The position numbers and the translations under genes were made by a program. This document shows positions 17,764-28,090 of a stretch of DNA of 64,000 bases, in pieces; position 1 is the first letter of the stretch, and every line of letters begins with the position of its first letter. Under the pieces are notes generated by a model that did no database searches, was not told the DNA's origin, and saw only the letters and a program-made list of their open reading frames with translations. The DNA is from Verrucomicrobiia bacterium (lineage in GTDB: Bacteria; Verrucomicrobiota; Verrucomicrobiia; Limisphaerales; Palsa-1400), in NCBI GenBank assembly GCA_036268455.1, contig DATAUD010000096.1:31577-95576 (forward strand). Reading direction: 5' to 3'.

Positions 17764-20700
17764 TCATCGCCGGGTCTTGTATGCCTTTTCATAACGGTCG
17801 GATGAAGCGAGATTCTTTCGCAAACCCACAAGACGACGATCAGAGAAAGGGAGATTGGGACGGATGCGCCGAAGCATAGGGTCATTGTTGAATTCCGACT
17901 TGATGAAATCCACTTCGGCGGCGGGAATATTGAACGCCTTCGCAACTATCTTATCAAGCTTGTCCAAAACGCCTTCCAAGGACTTCTCGTAATTCGTCGC
18001 GTCGAACTCGGCGACAGTGCGCTTCCATTGTTTTAGTGTGGCCGGCGTCGGAATGGGAATGTCCAGCATCACTTTGCTCGAGAGCGACTCGCCCGTCTGC
18101 AATTTCAAACCTTCAGTGAAACATTTCGCAATATCCTCGTCGTTAATGGCGAGCCAATGCAGCAAATCGTCTCCAGGCTGGATGACAAACAGGCCCTCGC
18201 GCTCATAAATGATTGGAGTGCCGATTTTCACGGACTTACCGGGTTCGATTTCTTCCGACCATTCCACTTTGGCCTTGACCTCGTTGGTCACGATTTCTCT
18301 AAGAGTGGTGCGCGCTGTGGATTCGAGTTTTTCCACCAACACATCTTCACGCTGATGCAGGTTTTCGCACGCAGCCAGGAATTGTTCGCGCAACTGGACC
18401 AATTTCTCCTGACTTTCGACCAGTTTGTCTGACCACGGAAGACGGCGCACGGTGCTGGGATAAACGTGACAGCGCGCGCGGAACAAAATAGCTTCCCGCT
18501 GTGACAGGCCGAAGAAATATTGGTAGAGCCGAGACAGAACCAAAAAATCGAACGGGAAATGCGCTACCTCTTCCTTGGGAAAGAAAAGGCTCGCAGTGTT
18601 GAGCATCACATTCTTTTTCGGACTGAACGGAGCGCAGGTCAACGCGGCAGAAATCTGATGAAATGCAAAACCTCGTTCCGGCAAGATATTTGCGAACCGC
18701 CACAGGCTGGCGTCATCCATTTTGTTTACGTCAATGTTTTGGTTGACGGGATCACCTTCCAACTGGCAAGCGACAATATTTTCGCCTTTAAAAACATCCA
18801 GGCCGCCTTTCTCCGCCTGATGGATTTCACCTCGGAAGGCGGCGTCCATCCGAATCATATCGGACTTTTCCCATCGTAAGTCCTCTTCCCGAACAGATCG
18901 ATTCAAGGACCAAGCCTGAATCGTGTTCTTGGATTTGCCGACCCAAAACGTTTGAGCGACGTCCTCAAAAGTTTTCCCGGCAAACCGGTCAATAATTGTT
19001 TTCCGCTCCGGTGTGATTTTAGTGAGGATACGCCCGTCGGGCGTAAACACATCGGCGTAAGGCATCTCTGTCAGGGTTGCCTTATTCAGATCGAACTCGA
19101 CATGCTTTCGGTCAAAACCCGTGAATTTGGCGCATCGTTCATCCGCTATACGGAGGCAGATTTTGTCCTTATTTGTCGGTGGACGCTTTTCCGCGATAAG
19201 CATGATAGGCACGACGTCGGCGCTGAATACCATTGGTCCAATAAGTTCCAAGTCCACGATTTCCAAAATCGTCCACCTGCCGCCGGGGGCAAAAAGTTGC
19301 CGGAGTTTTTTGTTGTCGTCGTTTGGCATCGCGACGCTCAGGGCGGACATAGGGCGGATTGCCGACCACCGCGTCATATTCTGCCAGGTCAATCAGCGAG
19401 AACTCGGTAAGGTTCGCGTCAAAGAGACCTTCCATCATTTGCTGATGACGAAGCGAGTTATGACCGTCGATAATCGCGGTTTCCGGAAAGCCGCGCTTTT
19501 TGATGTCCTCGCGGAAGGCAAACAGATGCCACAGCATCTGGATTTGGGCCACCATAGCCGAGAAGGCGTTAAGGTCGTTGCCGCGCACATTGCGCAATGC
19601 TTCCAGCACATCATCAAAGGAAGCGACCCCTTTAGCGGCGGCATCACCCGCCACACACTTAAAAGCTTCGATGAGAAATGTGCCGAGACCGCAAGCCGGA
19701 TCAAGAACCTTGTCCCCTTTCTTCAGTCCCATCCGACGGACAATGTAGCGAGCAATGTCCGGCGGCGTGTAATGCTCACCCAACCGCTTGCGCTGACTGG
19801 TGTCGAGGAACTGGCCATAGATATTGCTCAAAACGTCCTGCTCGATTGTGGCAAAGTCGTAGTGCGAAAGGTAAAACAGCGAGCGCTCCACCGCGGCAGA
19901 CAAATGCCCGTCGTTGTTGGCCAACACCCAGTCCAAGTCGCTTTCATTGAAGACCACCGCATAGATTTTGGAACCTTCATGGTAGGTTTCGCGAATCATG
20001 CGGGTATAACTCGCCCCAAAATAAAGGCGCATCTCTTGGAAGGCTTGAATGCCGCCATTGCAGAGATATTTTTTCTCGCCGAAAAATCCGTGGTCCTCAA
20101 AAAAACGCAACACCATGCAACGCGAGAGCAACAGGCTGGCGGTTTCAGCCGCAAGCAAATCGAGCGCAATGGAAAGACGTTTTTTTTCATCTTTTTCGGT
20201 TGCCCTATCGAGAAACTCTGGAAGCGTAAAACAACCAAGACGGGCGACTGTGACATCATGTTTGACAGCTTTGGCAATGGCGTGAACATCCTTCAAGTGC
20301 TGCTTCATAGTCGCGCGATCACCGATATCCTTTCCGGCCAATCGAAACGGATCGAGATGAAACTCACGGATGCGGTAAGCTTCACGGAACGCATCGAGAA
20401 GGTTTTTGATGGCCAGCGCGTCCGCCACCATCCCATCGAGCGCCCGGCGGCATGCCGTTTGCAAAAGCTGCGCGGACGTGCGCATGGACAGATAAAACTC
20501 GTTGCGCGCCCGCTCCAACGCTTCTTCCTGCTCATGCGTCAGCAACTGGCCGGAATGACTCAGTTTGATTTCCGCGATGGGATGTCCTTTATCATCGCGA
20601 AATGCCTGGAGGCGGCGATTGCTACCCGCATGAGCCGCCGACACCTCCAAACAACGGCTCTTAAAGGCTTCCTCGGACAGTCCGTTCCACTTGATTACGA

Positions 20701-21203
20701 TATCGGCTCTTGCGTTGTAACTGGCCGCCCGGGTAGAAATCGCGCGGAGGATCAAACATGACGGGTCAACCATGGCAAACCACGCGGTATCAAGGTCGAT
20801 ATATTTCGATTTTTCCGCGAAGGTTTCGCGCCTGCTGTTTTCATCCAAAAAAATTTCCGCTTCGTCCTTGGCTTCCAGCACGAGCCAGCGCGATTTCGTC
20901 TCTTTCCCTTTGGCATCCAGCACGCCTGTCGGCGCGAATACGGCCAGATCGGGAATATTTCCCAGTTCGTTGGCGGTGTCGGTAAAACGTCTTCGGCTTT
21001 GAAATCGAGAAATCGGACAAATAAATCTCTAATGAACGGGTACATGTTCCGCTCTTGTCCCGGTCTGCAGTTCATAATGCCACGAACACACTCCAGAAAA
21101 TCAACTGCCTGTTTCTTTCCCATCTTGGGTACTCGTTTCGTTGACATTGTCTCGCCTTTGATCGCGGATGAGATTACGTCGGGAGGCTGTAGCGGACAAG
21201 ACA
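17764..21203 (-). pseudogene. Disrupted type IIG restriction-modification enzyme (MmeI-like). It has an N-terminal PD-(D/E)xK nuclease region, a gamma-class N6-adenine methyltransferase domain and a C-terminal TRD, and is split over three reading frames.
   Basis: Frame A (21203-20752) carries KQAVDFLECVRGIM, which resembles the MmeI KPFLIDFFEVFGI motif.

Frame B is open from ~21030 to 19169. It has IPDLAVFAPTGVLDAKGKE (a D...DAK nuclease-like motif), VLDPACGLGTFL (MTase motif I) and VVGNPPYVRPE (motif IV).

Frame C (19392-17764) continues with NKKLRQLFAPGGRWTILE and a ~500-aa TRD-like tail.

The B-to-C switch sits at an A6 run (T6 at 19306-19311 on the plus strand). Removing one A restores ...RRQQKLRQLFAPGGRW. 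Confidence 0.7.
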
Positions 21204-21235
21204 AGGGTATAAATATTTCGCCTCTGACGCACCAC

Positions 21236-21616
21236 CTACGGGCCTTCGAGGATGGCTACGGCGGTGGCGTGTTTTTCGGTGTGGCTGAGGCTGATGTGGA
21301 CGATGCGTCCGCCGCGACTGGCAAGCAAGGATTGGGCTGTTCCATGCAGCACGACGTAGGGTTCGCCGGATTCCTTGCGGCGGATTTCCATGTCCTGCCA
21401 GCCCAATTGCGCGCCGATACCGGTGCCGAACGCCTTGGAGATCGCTTCTTTGCCGGCAAAACGCGCCGCCAGGAAAGGGCCGGGGGATTTGTGGGAAAAA
21501 CAATATTCCAGTTCGGCGGGACGAAGGATTCTTTGGACGAATCGGTCGCCAAATCTTTTATGCGCCGCTTCGATGCGTTCCACCTCGATAATGTCGATGC
21601 CTGTGCCGAGAATCAA
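21236..21616 (-). CDS. acpS: Holo-[acyl-carrier-protein] synthase
   Basis: MILGTGIDIIEVERI...FAGKEAISKAFGTGIG is the AcpS (4'-phosphopantetheinyl transferase) signature. Confidence 0.85.
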   Translation of the reverse strand: MILGTGIDIIEVERIEAAHKRFGDRFVQRILRPAELEYCFSHKSPGPFLAARFAGKEAISKAFGTGIGAQLGWQDMEIRRKESGEPYVVLHGTAQSLLASRGGRIVHISLSHTEKHATAVAILEGP

Positions 21617-21637
21617 AGTTTGATTTAGTTGGCAAAA

Positions 21638-22381
21638 CTATGCGCGGTTTAGCTCTTCGATTGCGAGCAACATCTCGCGGACGGCGGTGGCAAGCCCGAC
21701 GACCACCGCGCGGCTGATGATGCTGTGGCCGATGTTCAATTCCACCAGGTGCGACACTTGCCGCAGCGCCGCGAGGTTTTGGTAGTTGAGACCGTGGCCG
21801 GCGTTGACTTGCAGGCCCAGGTCGTGGGCGAGGGCCGCGGCTTCCGCCAGACGGGTCAATTCCTGCGCGCGTTCCCGTTTGCGATTGAAGTTTTCCGCAA
21901 AAGCGCCGGTGTGCAGTTCAATGAATTGGCTGCCGGTCCGCGACGCGGCCTGGATTTGTTCCGGGTCCGGCGCGATGAAGAGGCTGACATCGATGCCGGC
22001 GTCGTTCATTTTTTTGCGCGTCGCGGCCAGGGCCGGCCAATGATTGGCGACGTCGAGTCCGCCCTCTGTGGTGACTTCGGCGCGGCGTTCCGGGACAATG
22101 CAAACGATGTCCGGCCTGATTTCCAACGCGAAGGCGATGATCTCGGGAACGTTGGCCATTTCCAGATTGAGGCGCGTCTTGAGGACTTGGCGCAGCTTGC
22201 GAATGTCGCGGTCCTGCATGTGGCGGCGGTCCTCGCGCAAGTGCGCGGTGATGCCGTGGGCGCCAGCGGATTCGCAAATTAAAGCGGCCTCGATTGGGTC
22301 GGGTTCGCCGCGGTCGCTTCCGCGATAGCGGGCCTCGCGCACGGTGGCGACGTGGTCGATGTTGACGCCCAGTTTGACCAT
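21638..22381 (-). CDS. pdxJ: Pyridoxine 5'-phosphate synthase
   Basis: LGVNIDHVATVREAR...HLREDRRH...NLEMA...GHGLNY are PdxJ motifs. It forms a pdxJ-acpS operon, as in many bacteria. Confidence 0.9.
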   Translation of the reverse strand: MVKLGVNIDHVATVREARYRGSDRGEPDPIEAALICESAGAHGITAHLREDRRHMQDRDIRKLRQVLKTRLNLEMANVPEIIAFALEIRPDIVCIVPERRAEVTTEGGLDVANHWPALAATRKKMNDAGIDVSLFIAPDPEQIQAASRTGSQFIELHTGAFAENFNRKRERAQELTRLAEAAALAHDLGLQVNAGHGLNYQNLAALRQVSHLVELNIGHSIISRAVVVGLATAVREMLLAIEELNRA

Positions 22382-22385
22382 AGAA

Positions 22386-23939
22386 TCAATGGGACGGAAT
22401 GCCGGGACCGGTAACTTTTGCCTTGGGCAATAAATTCATATTGACCGGACCCGCCGGTTCGCCGGACAGCCAATGAGAAAGCCATACCAGCTCCAATCCT
22501 GTAAAGACAAATGGCGCCGAACGAGTGACGGTCAACGTTTGGGGAGAGGTCCGCGTGACTTCTGTGACCGTGTTCCCCAAGGCAAGCTCGAGGCCGGCAA
22601 GCCAACTTTCGACGACATTCAGGCCGGCATCGGGTCTTCCCGAAACAGGGAGCATTTGGGGGTCTATCTCGGAATAGAGGCGCCATTGATGGACGCGCGG
22701 ACCGGTCAATTCCCAATTGTAATAAACAATGTCGCTATGACCCTCAAACTGTTGCCACAAATTCGCCGGCGCGGGAGGTTGGTTATTGTACAGATAGAAC
22801 AGTCCAGCGAGGAGATAATTACCCTCCTTCTCTGAAACAGACCGAAGGAATGCCCCCATTAACTGCGACTTGTTCCAGTTGATCTCGGAATTCCTGGGCG
22901 ACCATTTCAAGCGCGTGTGGTCCCAACCCTGTAAGAAGGGATTGAGGGCGCTTATTCCCTGGCCGGCAAGTTCTCCGAGGATTTTCGCTCCGTCGGAAAC
23001 CGGCCACGCCATGTAAGCCTGGAAGGGCATTTCGTGTTGCGCCCAGCAAAAAAACTGATTCGTGAATGGGTCGTTGGGAAGCCTGGAGAATGTATCGTTG
23101 AGTTGCATATACGGCGCAACGTTCCGCGCGGCGGTGAAGCTGATCAATGGCTCATGCACCAGTTCTTTGGGAATGCGCCACGGTGTCGGAGTCCAAAACG
23201 CGGGCTGGGGATAGGAGAGATCGGCGGCGACGTGGAACCGCCCGCTCTTGGCGGAGACGCTGACTGTTGCGCGGGCTGGTTTGAGAGGAAGCAAATGCGG
23301 TGAATTGGCGGCGCTCAGGCGCGGGCCGTCAATGTATGCTTCGAACCATTGGTCCTTAGCGAAAGGAGAGGCGGGATGTGAGCTTTTTTGGATTTTTTCG
23401 AGGTAATCGGTTCGGACTGAGGCGAGGCGGTCGCCTTTTCCCAGTAGAACCCAGTCCGGCGTTTCGATCATCCAACATCCGTTGTTCCAGCGCCGGCCGG
23501 ACAAACCGCTCATCGCGCTGCCTTTGCCCCGCATGGCTGTCTCCAGCTTTTGCCGCCAGGCTGCCGCCCGTTTTTTATCCATCCGCGCGGCGAGCACGAA
23601 GTTGTCGCCGGTGGCGTCGAAGCTGGCAACAGATTCCACGCGCAAAAGGTCATCGAGGATGGGGCCAAGAACCGGGCCGGGCTGGCCGGCGGGATCGAAT
23701 TGAAGTTTGGTCCAGAAAATGCGGGCCAGCCGGGTCAAAACGAGACCCTCAAAGTTGACGGTCGAGGGATAACGGAAGATTCGACTCGCGGTCTGGAAAT
23801 TGGCGTCGGCTGAAAGTTGATCGGCGCCGGCAAAATGGTACTGAACGGCGACGGAATCCGCGGGAGCCGCCCGAAGCGGGACAGTGACAGCGGCAAGACT
23901 TAACGACAGCGCCGCGAAAAAGATTCTGCTGGTTCGCAT
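22386..23939 (-). CDS. Secreted hypothetical protein (~517 aa)
   Basis: Signal peptide MRTSRIFFAALSLSLAAVTVPLRAAPA. No recognisable catalytic motif. Start set at the internal Met. Confidence 0.45.
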   Translation of the reverse strand: MRTSRIFFAALSLSLAAVTVPLRAAPADSVAVQYHFAGADQLSADANFQTASRIFRYPSTVNFEGLVLTRLARIFWTKLQFDPAGQPGPVLGPILDDLLRVESVASFDATGDNFVLAARMDKKRAAAWRQKLETAMRGKGSAMSGLSGRRWNNGCWMIETPDWVLLGKGDRLASVRTDYLEKIQKSSHPASPFAKDQWFEAYIDGPRLSAANSPHLLPLKPARATVSVSAKSGRFHVAADLSYPQPAFWTPTPWRIPKELVHEPLISFTAARNVAPYMQLNDTFSRLPNDPFTNQFFCWAQHEMPFQAYMAWPVSDGAKILGELAGQGISALNPFLQGWDHTRLKWSPRNSEINWNKSQLMGAFLRSVSEKEGNYLLAGLFYLYNNQPPAPANLWQQFEGHSDIVYYNWELTGPRVHQWRLYSEIDPQMLPVSGRPDAGLNVVESWLAGLELALGNTVTEVTRTSPQTLTVTRSAPFVFTGLELVWLSHWLSGEPAGPVNMNLLPKAKVTGPGIPSH

Positions 23940-23974
23940 AAAAGAGTGGCATTGTCTGCCAGAAAGGACGGGGG

Positions 23975-24478
23975 TTGGCAATGGTTTTTGCGGTTGCTTT
24001 TATGGCGCGTGGGTTGTTCCTTTGGGCGGTGCCGGCCCGATTCTGTAAATATTGGCTCCCGCTTCTGATTTGGATGACGGTGATTTTTAGCGCTTCCACC
24101 AGCCTCGGAGCGCCAAGACACACCTCTCGATTCATCGTTCCGTTTTTGATTTGGCTGGACCCGAACATATCCAAGGAAACCATCGAACTGGTGCATCATG
24201 TGATCCGAAAATGCGCGCATTTTACCGAATACGCGATTCTTGGTTTTCTGGCGTGGCGGCTGATTCATGGGGATGCCGCGTTCGCGAGCGCAACCCCGAG
24301 CCGCCAATACTGGCTTGCGATTCTGTTCTGCGCCCTTTACGCCTCGACGGATGAATTTCATCAAAAATTTGTGGCCACACGGCAACCCGCGGTGTTGGAT
24401 GTGATGCTGGACACGTGTGGCGCGGGATTCGGATTGCTGATGGTCTGGAGCGTCCGTCTGCTGCGAAAATCGCGCTGA
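23975..24478 (+). CDS. VanZ-like family membrane protein
   Basis: ...IRKCAHFTEYAILGFLAWRL...DEFHQKFVATRQPAVLDVMLDTCGAGFG matches the VanZ family pattern. Confidence 0.65.
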   Translation: MAMVFAVAFMARGLFLWAVPARFCKYWLPLLIWMTVIFSASTSLGAPRHTSRFIVPFLIWLDPNISKETIELVHHVIRKCAHFTEYAILGFLAWRLIHGDAAFASATPSRQYWLAILFCALYASTDEFHQKFVATRQPAVLDVMLDTCGAGFGLLMVWSVRLLRKSR

Positions 24479-24480
24479 AT

Positions 24481-26895
24481 ATGAAACGCCCGCTGCTTCC
24501 CGTGGCGTCGCTCTACATCGGGGGCATTCTTTGCGGCGAATACGCGCGCCTTCCGCTGCCGTGGCTGTTTGGCGCTTCGTTCCTGGCGGCGGCGCTCGCG
24601 CTGGCAATTCCGCGGGGACGCCTCTGGATGCTCAGGCTGCTTTTGGTATTGACGGGTTGGACGGGCGCGTGCCGGAGCGCCGCAATTATCGCGCCCGATG
24701 ATTTGCGCGCGATCATTGGCGGGCAAATACAGCAAACGCAGTTGCGCGGCGTCATTCAAGCGCCGCCCATCCAGCGGATTTTCGAGAGGGGGCGGCGCGA
24801 GATTTCACATTTTTCGACGCTGATCAGGGTGAACCAGATATTCATTGGCGGCGCCTGGCAGCCGGCTTTTGGGAAAGTCATCGCCACCGCGCCGGGTGTA
24901 TTGTCCTCTAATTTTTTCGAAGGGCGAAGTGTGGAGATCGCCGGCGTCATCCGCCCGCCGGGCGGGCCGATCGCGGCGGGGATGTTTGACGCGCGCGCTT
25001 ACGACGCCAGAGAGGGCGTGTTTTATCAATTGCAAGCATCCTCCACGAACGATCCGCGAGTACTCGATGTCGCTGAGGGCGCGGCGTTGCCGATACCCGA
25101 ACGATTTCGCCGGTGGGCGATGAAAACGCTCGCGCTCGGATTGCCGGGCGAGGATGAACCGTTGCGGCTGACATGGACTTTGTTACTGGACTGGAAGGCG
25201 CCATTGACCGCCGATGTTGAAGAACCGTTCATGCGCGCCGGGACGTATCACATTTTCGCGGTGGACGGCCTGCGGATTGGGTTGCTCGCGGCGATCTGTC
25301 TCGGATTGCTGCGGCTGTTGCGAATGCCCCGGGCGGTTTCAGGCGCAATCGTGATGCCGATTCTTTGGTTCTATGTGGCTTTGACCGGATGGCCGGCTTC
25401 CGCTGTGCGCGCCGCGATCATGGTGAGCGTGGTGATTGCGGGGTGGGCCTTGCGGCGGCCCGGTGACCTGATTAATTCGCTGTGCGCGGCGGCATTCATT
25501 ATTTTGTTGTGGCAGCCGCAACAGCTTTTCCAACCGGGTTTCCAGCTTTCTTTTCTGGTCGTTCTCTGCATCGCGCTCATCGTGCCGCGGGTGGACAAGT
25601 GGATTCACGGCAAGTTGTTTAGCGGCGATCCAATGCTTCCCGACGCCCTCCAACCTCGATTGCCGGAGATGCTTTACATCCCGGCGCGTTACATATCGGA
25701 CACATTTTCGCTCTCGCTGGCGGCGTGGATTGGATCGATTCCGCTGGCCGCTTATTATTTTCATTTGTTCACGCCTGTGAGTGTTCCGGCGAATTGCGTG
25801 GTCGTGCCCGCGACGGCGCTTGCGCTCGTCAGCGGAATGGGGAGCTTGTTGACAGGGACGTGGCTGCCAGGTTTGGCCGCGCTTTTCAATAACGCGAGCT
25901 GGGCGCTGATGAAATTCATCATTTGGCTTAGCGGATGCGCCGCGCATTGGCCGGAAGCCGCTTTTAACGTGGCGGCTCCGCGGCTGACTGTATGCGCCTT
26001 CTATTATGCCGTGCTCTTTATGCTTGTCACCGGCTGGATTTTTCGCTCCCGGCGCAAATGGGCGGTATGCGCGGCGATTTTTGCGGCCGGCACTTGCCTG
26101 ATGATCCAGTGGTGGCTGTCAACACGAATCGCGCGCATTCATGTTTTGCCGCTGAAGGGGGCGCCGGTGATTTTTGTGGATTCACCGCGAGGCGAGGGGA
26201 ACATTTTGATAAACTGCGGGGACGCCGATTCGGCCGGGGAAATCGTCAAACCGTTTCTCTGCGCGCAGGGAGTGAACCGATTGTCCGCGGTTTGCCTGGC
26301 TGTCGGGCTTTTGCCGCATTTCGGGGGAGCCAGGGAAATTCTTGACAACTTTCCGACGGAGCACGTTTTCGCTGGTGACGCACAGGCGAAATCGGAGGCG
26401 TATCGAAATTTGATCGGGGAAATCCGGCCCGTTGTATTGCGCGATGGCGATCATGTTGGCGAGTGGTCCGTGCTGAATCCCGGCAAAGCGGAGCGATTTG
26501 CGCAAGCGGACAACAACGCGATGGTGTTCCAGCGCTCGTGTTATAACCGCTCGATTTTGCTGCTGCCCGCGCTGGGCCGCGACGGGCAGGAGGCGCTTAT
26601 GCGGCGGCATCCGGAATTGCGCGCGGACTTTGTGATCGCGGGTTTGCCGTCACGTGACGAGCCGTTGTGCGAACCGCTTCTGGATCAGTTGCGCGCGAAG
26701 GTCATAATTATAGCTGACTCGGAATTTCCGGCCAATCGCCGCGCATCGGCCAAACTTCGCCAAAGGCTGGCGCGCCGCGCGGAGCAGGTGATTTACTGCC
26801 ACGACAATGGCGCAATCACGCTCGATATTGCGCCGCAAGAATATTTACTTAGGACGCCCGTCGGAGATCCCCCGCGCGAACAAGACGCCTTGTAG
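24481..26895 (+). CDS. comEC: ComEC/Rec2 family DNA-internalisation competence protein (with a C-terminal MBL-like domain)
   Basis: Competence-domain motif FMRAGTYHIFAVDGLRIG (compare F-RtG-HLlAISGlH). Many TM helices and a C-terminal ~250-aa soluble domain. The ATG at 24481 follows the vanZ stop by 2 nt. Confidence 0.7.
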   Translation: MKRPLLPVASLYIGGILCGEYARLPLPWLFGASFLAAALALAIPRGRLWMLRLLLVLTGWTGACRSAAIIAPDDLRAIIGGQIQQTQLRGVIQAPPIQRIFERGRREISHFSTLIRVNQIFIGGAWQPAFGKVIATAPGVLSSNFFEGRSVEIAGVIRPPGGPIAAGMFDARAYDAREGVFYQLQASSTNDPRVLDVAEGAALPIPERFRRWAMKTLALGLPGEDEPLRLTWTLLLDWKAPLTADVEEPFMRAGTYHIFAVDGLRIGLLAAICLGLLRLLRMPRAVSGAIVMPILWFYVALTGWPASAVRAAIMVSVVIAGWALRRPGDLINSLCAAAFIILLWQPQQLFQPGFQLSFLVVLCIALIVPRVDKWIHGKLFSGDPMLPDALQPRLPEMLYIPARYISDTFSLSLAAWIGSIPLAAYYFHLFTPVSVPANCVVVPATALALVSGMGSLLTGTWLPGLAALFNNASWALMKFIIWLSGCAAHWPEAAFNVAAPRLTVCAFYYAVLFMLVTGWIFRSRRKWAVCAAIFAAGTCLMIQWWLSTRIARIHVLPLKGAPVIFVDSPRGEGNILINCGDADSAGEIVKPFLCAQGVNRLSAVCLAVGLLPHFGGAREILDNFPTEHVFAGDAQAKSEAYRNLIGEIRPVVLRDGDHVGEWSVLNPGKAERFAQADNNAMVFQRSCYNRSILLLPALGRDGQEALMRRHPELRADFVIAGLPSRDEPLCEPLLDQLRAKVIIIADSEFPANRRASAKLRQRLARRAEQVIYCHDNGAITLDIAPQEYLLRTPVGDPPREQDAL

Positions 26896-26923
26896 TTTTT
26901 AAACAGGCTCTTAGAATGGCTGA

Positions 26924-27994
26924 ATGCGCACTGAATCGCTTCAATTCCTGGAACGTCTGGTCAATACACCAAGCCCATCCGGCCACGAGGCGCGGGGACA
27001 ACGCGTCTGGCTCGATTATGTCAAACCTGTCGCGGACGAAACTTTCAGCGACGCCTACGGCAACACGGTGGCCGTCCTTAACAAAGGCGGCTCGCCACGC
27101 CTCATGCTGGCGGCCCACGCCGATGAAATTTCGATGGTGGTCAATTACATCAGCAAGCAGGGTTATATTTATGTGCGCAAAATGGGGGGAATTGATCCGG
27201 CGATCACCAAGGCCCAGCGCGTTGTCATCCATACAAAGGACGGCCCCATTACGGGCGTCGTTGGCAATGTTGCGCCGCATCTGACCAAACACGACCAGGA
27301 GCGGAAGGCGCCGAAAATGGAGGACTTGTTCATAGATATTGGTGTTGACAGCCGCAAGGAAGTGGAGCGTCTGATCAGCATCGGCAATCCGATCACGTTG
27401 AACTATCCGTTCGAACTGTTGCGCAACAATCTTGCCGTCGCTCGCGCGTTTGATAATCGCGTGGGGACTTATTCGGTCGCGGAAGCATTCCGGCTGTTGA
27501 GCGAGGACAAGGACAAGCTCCGCTGCGAGGTGCTTGCGGTGTCAAATATTATGGAGGAGGTTGGGTTGCTCGGGGCGCGGCAAATCGCGTACACCCTCAA
27601 GCCGGATGTTGCGGTGGTGGTCGATGTCACCCATGCGACCGATTACCCGACGGTAAACCAGCAGCACCATGGTGACATCAAACTTGGCAAAGGGCCGACT
27701 ATCACGCACGGAAACTGCAATCATCCGGAAGTGGTGGCGCGGTTGGAGGAAGTGGCCAAGTCGCGGAAGATTAAATTGCAGCACGAGGCGGCCTCCAACA
27801 GCACGGGCACGGACACCGACGTGATTTTTTGGACGCGAGGCGGGATTCCAAGCGCGCTGGTCAGCCTGCCCAACCGTTACATGCATTCGCCGGTGGAAAT
27901 GATCAGTTTGAAGGACCTCGAACAAATCCCGCAATTGCTCGCGGGCTTCGCGCGCTCGCTGAAAAAGGGCGAACAATTCCGGGTCAAGATCTAA
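26924..27994 (+). CDS. M42 family metallopeptidase (FrvX / glutamyl aminopeptidase / endoglucanase-like)
   Basis: LERLVNTPSPSGHE...MLAAHADEISMVVNYI...AFDNRVG...HSPVEMISL are M42 signature blocks. Confidence 0.8.
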   Translation: MRTESLQFLERLVNTPSPSGHEARGQRVWLDYVKPVADETFSDAYGNTVAVLNKGGSPRLMLAAHADEISMVVNYISKQGYIYVRKMGGIDPAITKAQRVVIHTKDGPITGVVGNVAPHLTKHDQERKAPKMEDLFIDIGVDSRKEVERLISIGNPITLNYPFELLRNNLAVARAFDNRVGTYSVAEAFRLLSEDKDKLRCEVLAVSNIMEEVGLLGARQIAYTLKPDVAVVVDVTHATDYPTVNQQHHGDIKLGKGPTITHGNCNHPEVVARLEEVAKSRKIKLQHEAASNSTGTDTDVIFWTRGGIPSALVSLPNRYMHSPVEMISLKDLEQIPQLLAGFARSLKKGEQFRVKI

Positions 27995-28090
27995 GCCAAC
28001 GATGCAGTTGACACACGAAGAGTCTCGCACAGACGACGCAGAGATCGCCTAGCTAAGGATTCGGGCTAAGGAATGCTAATTTTCAGGCAG

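Noticed and set aside
19121-20761. 546-aa plus-strand ORF
   Set aside because: It is antisense to the methyltransferase part of the type IIG RM gene and has no recognisable motifs. The long open frame comes from GC bias.
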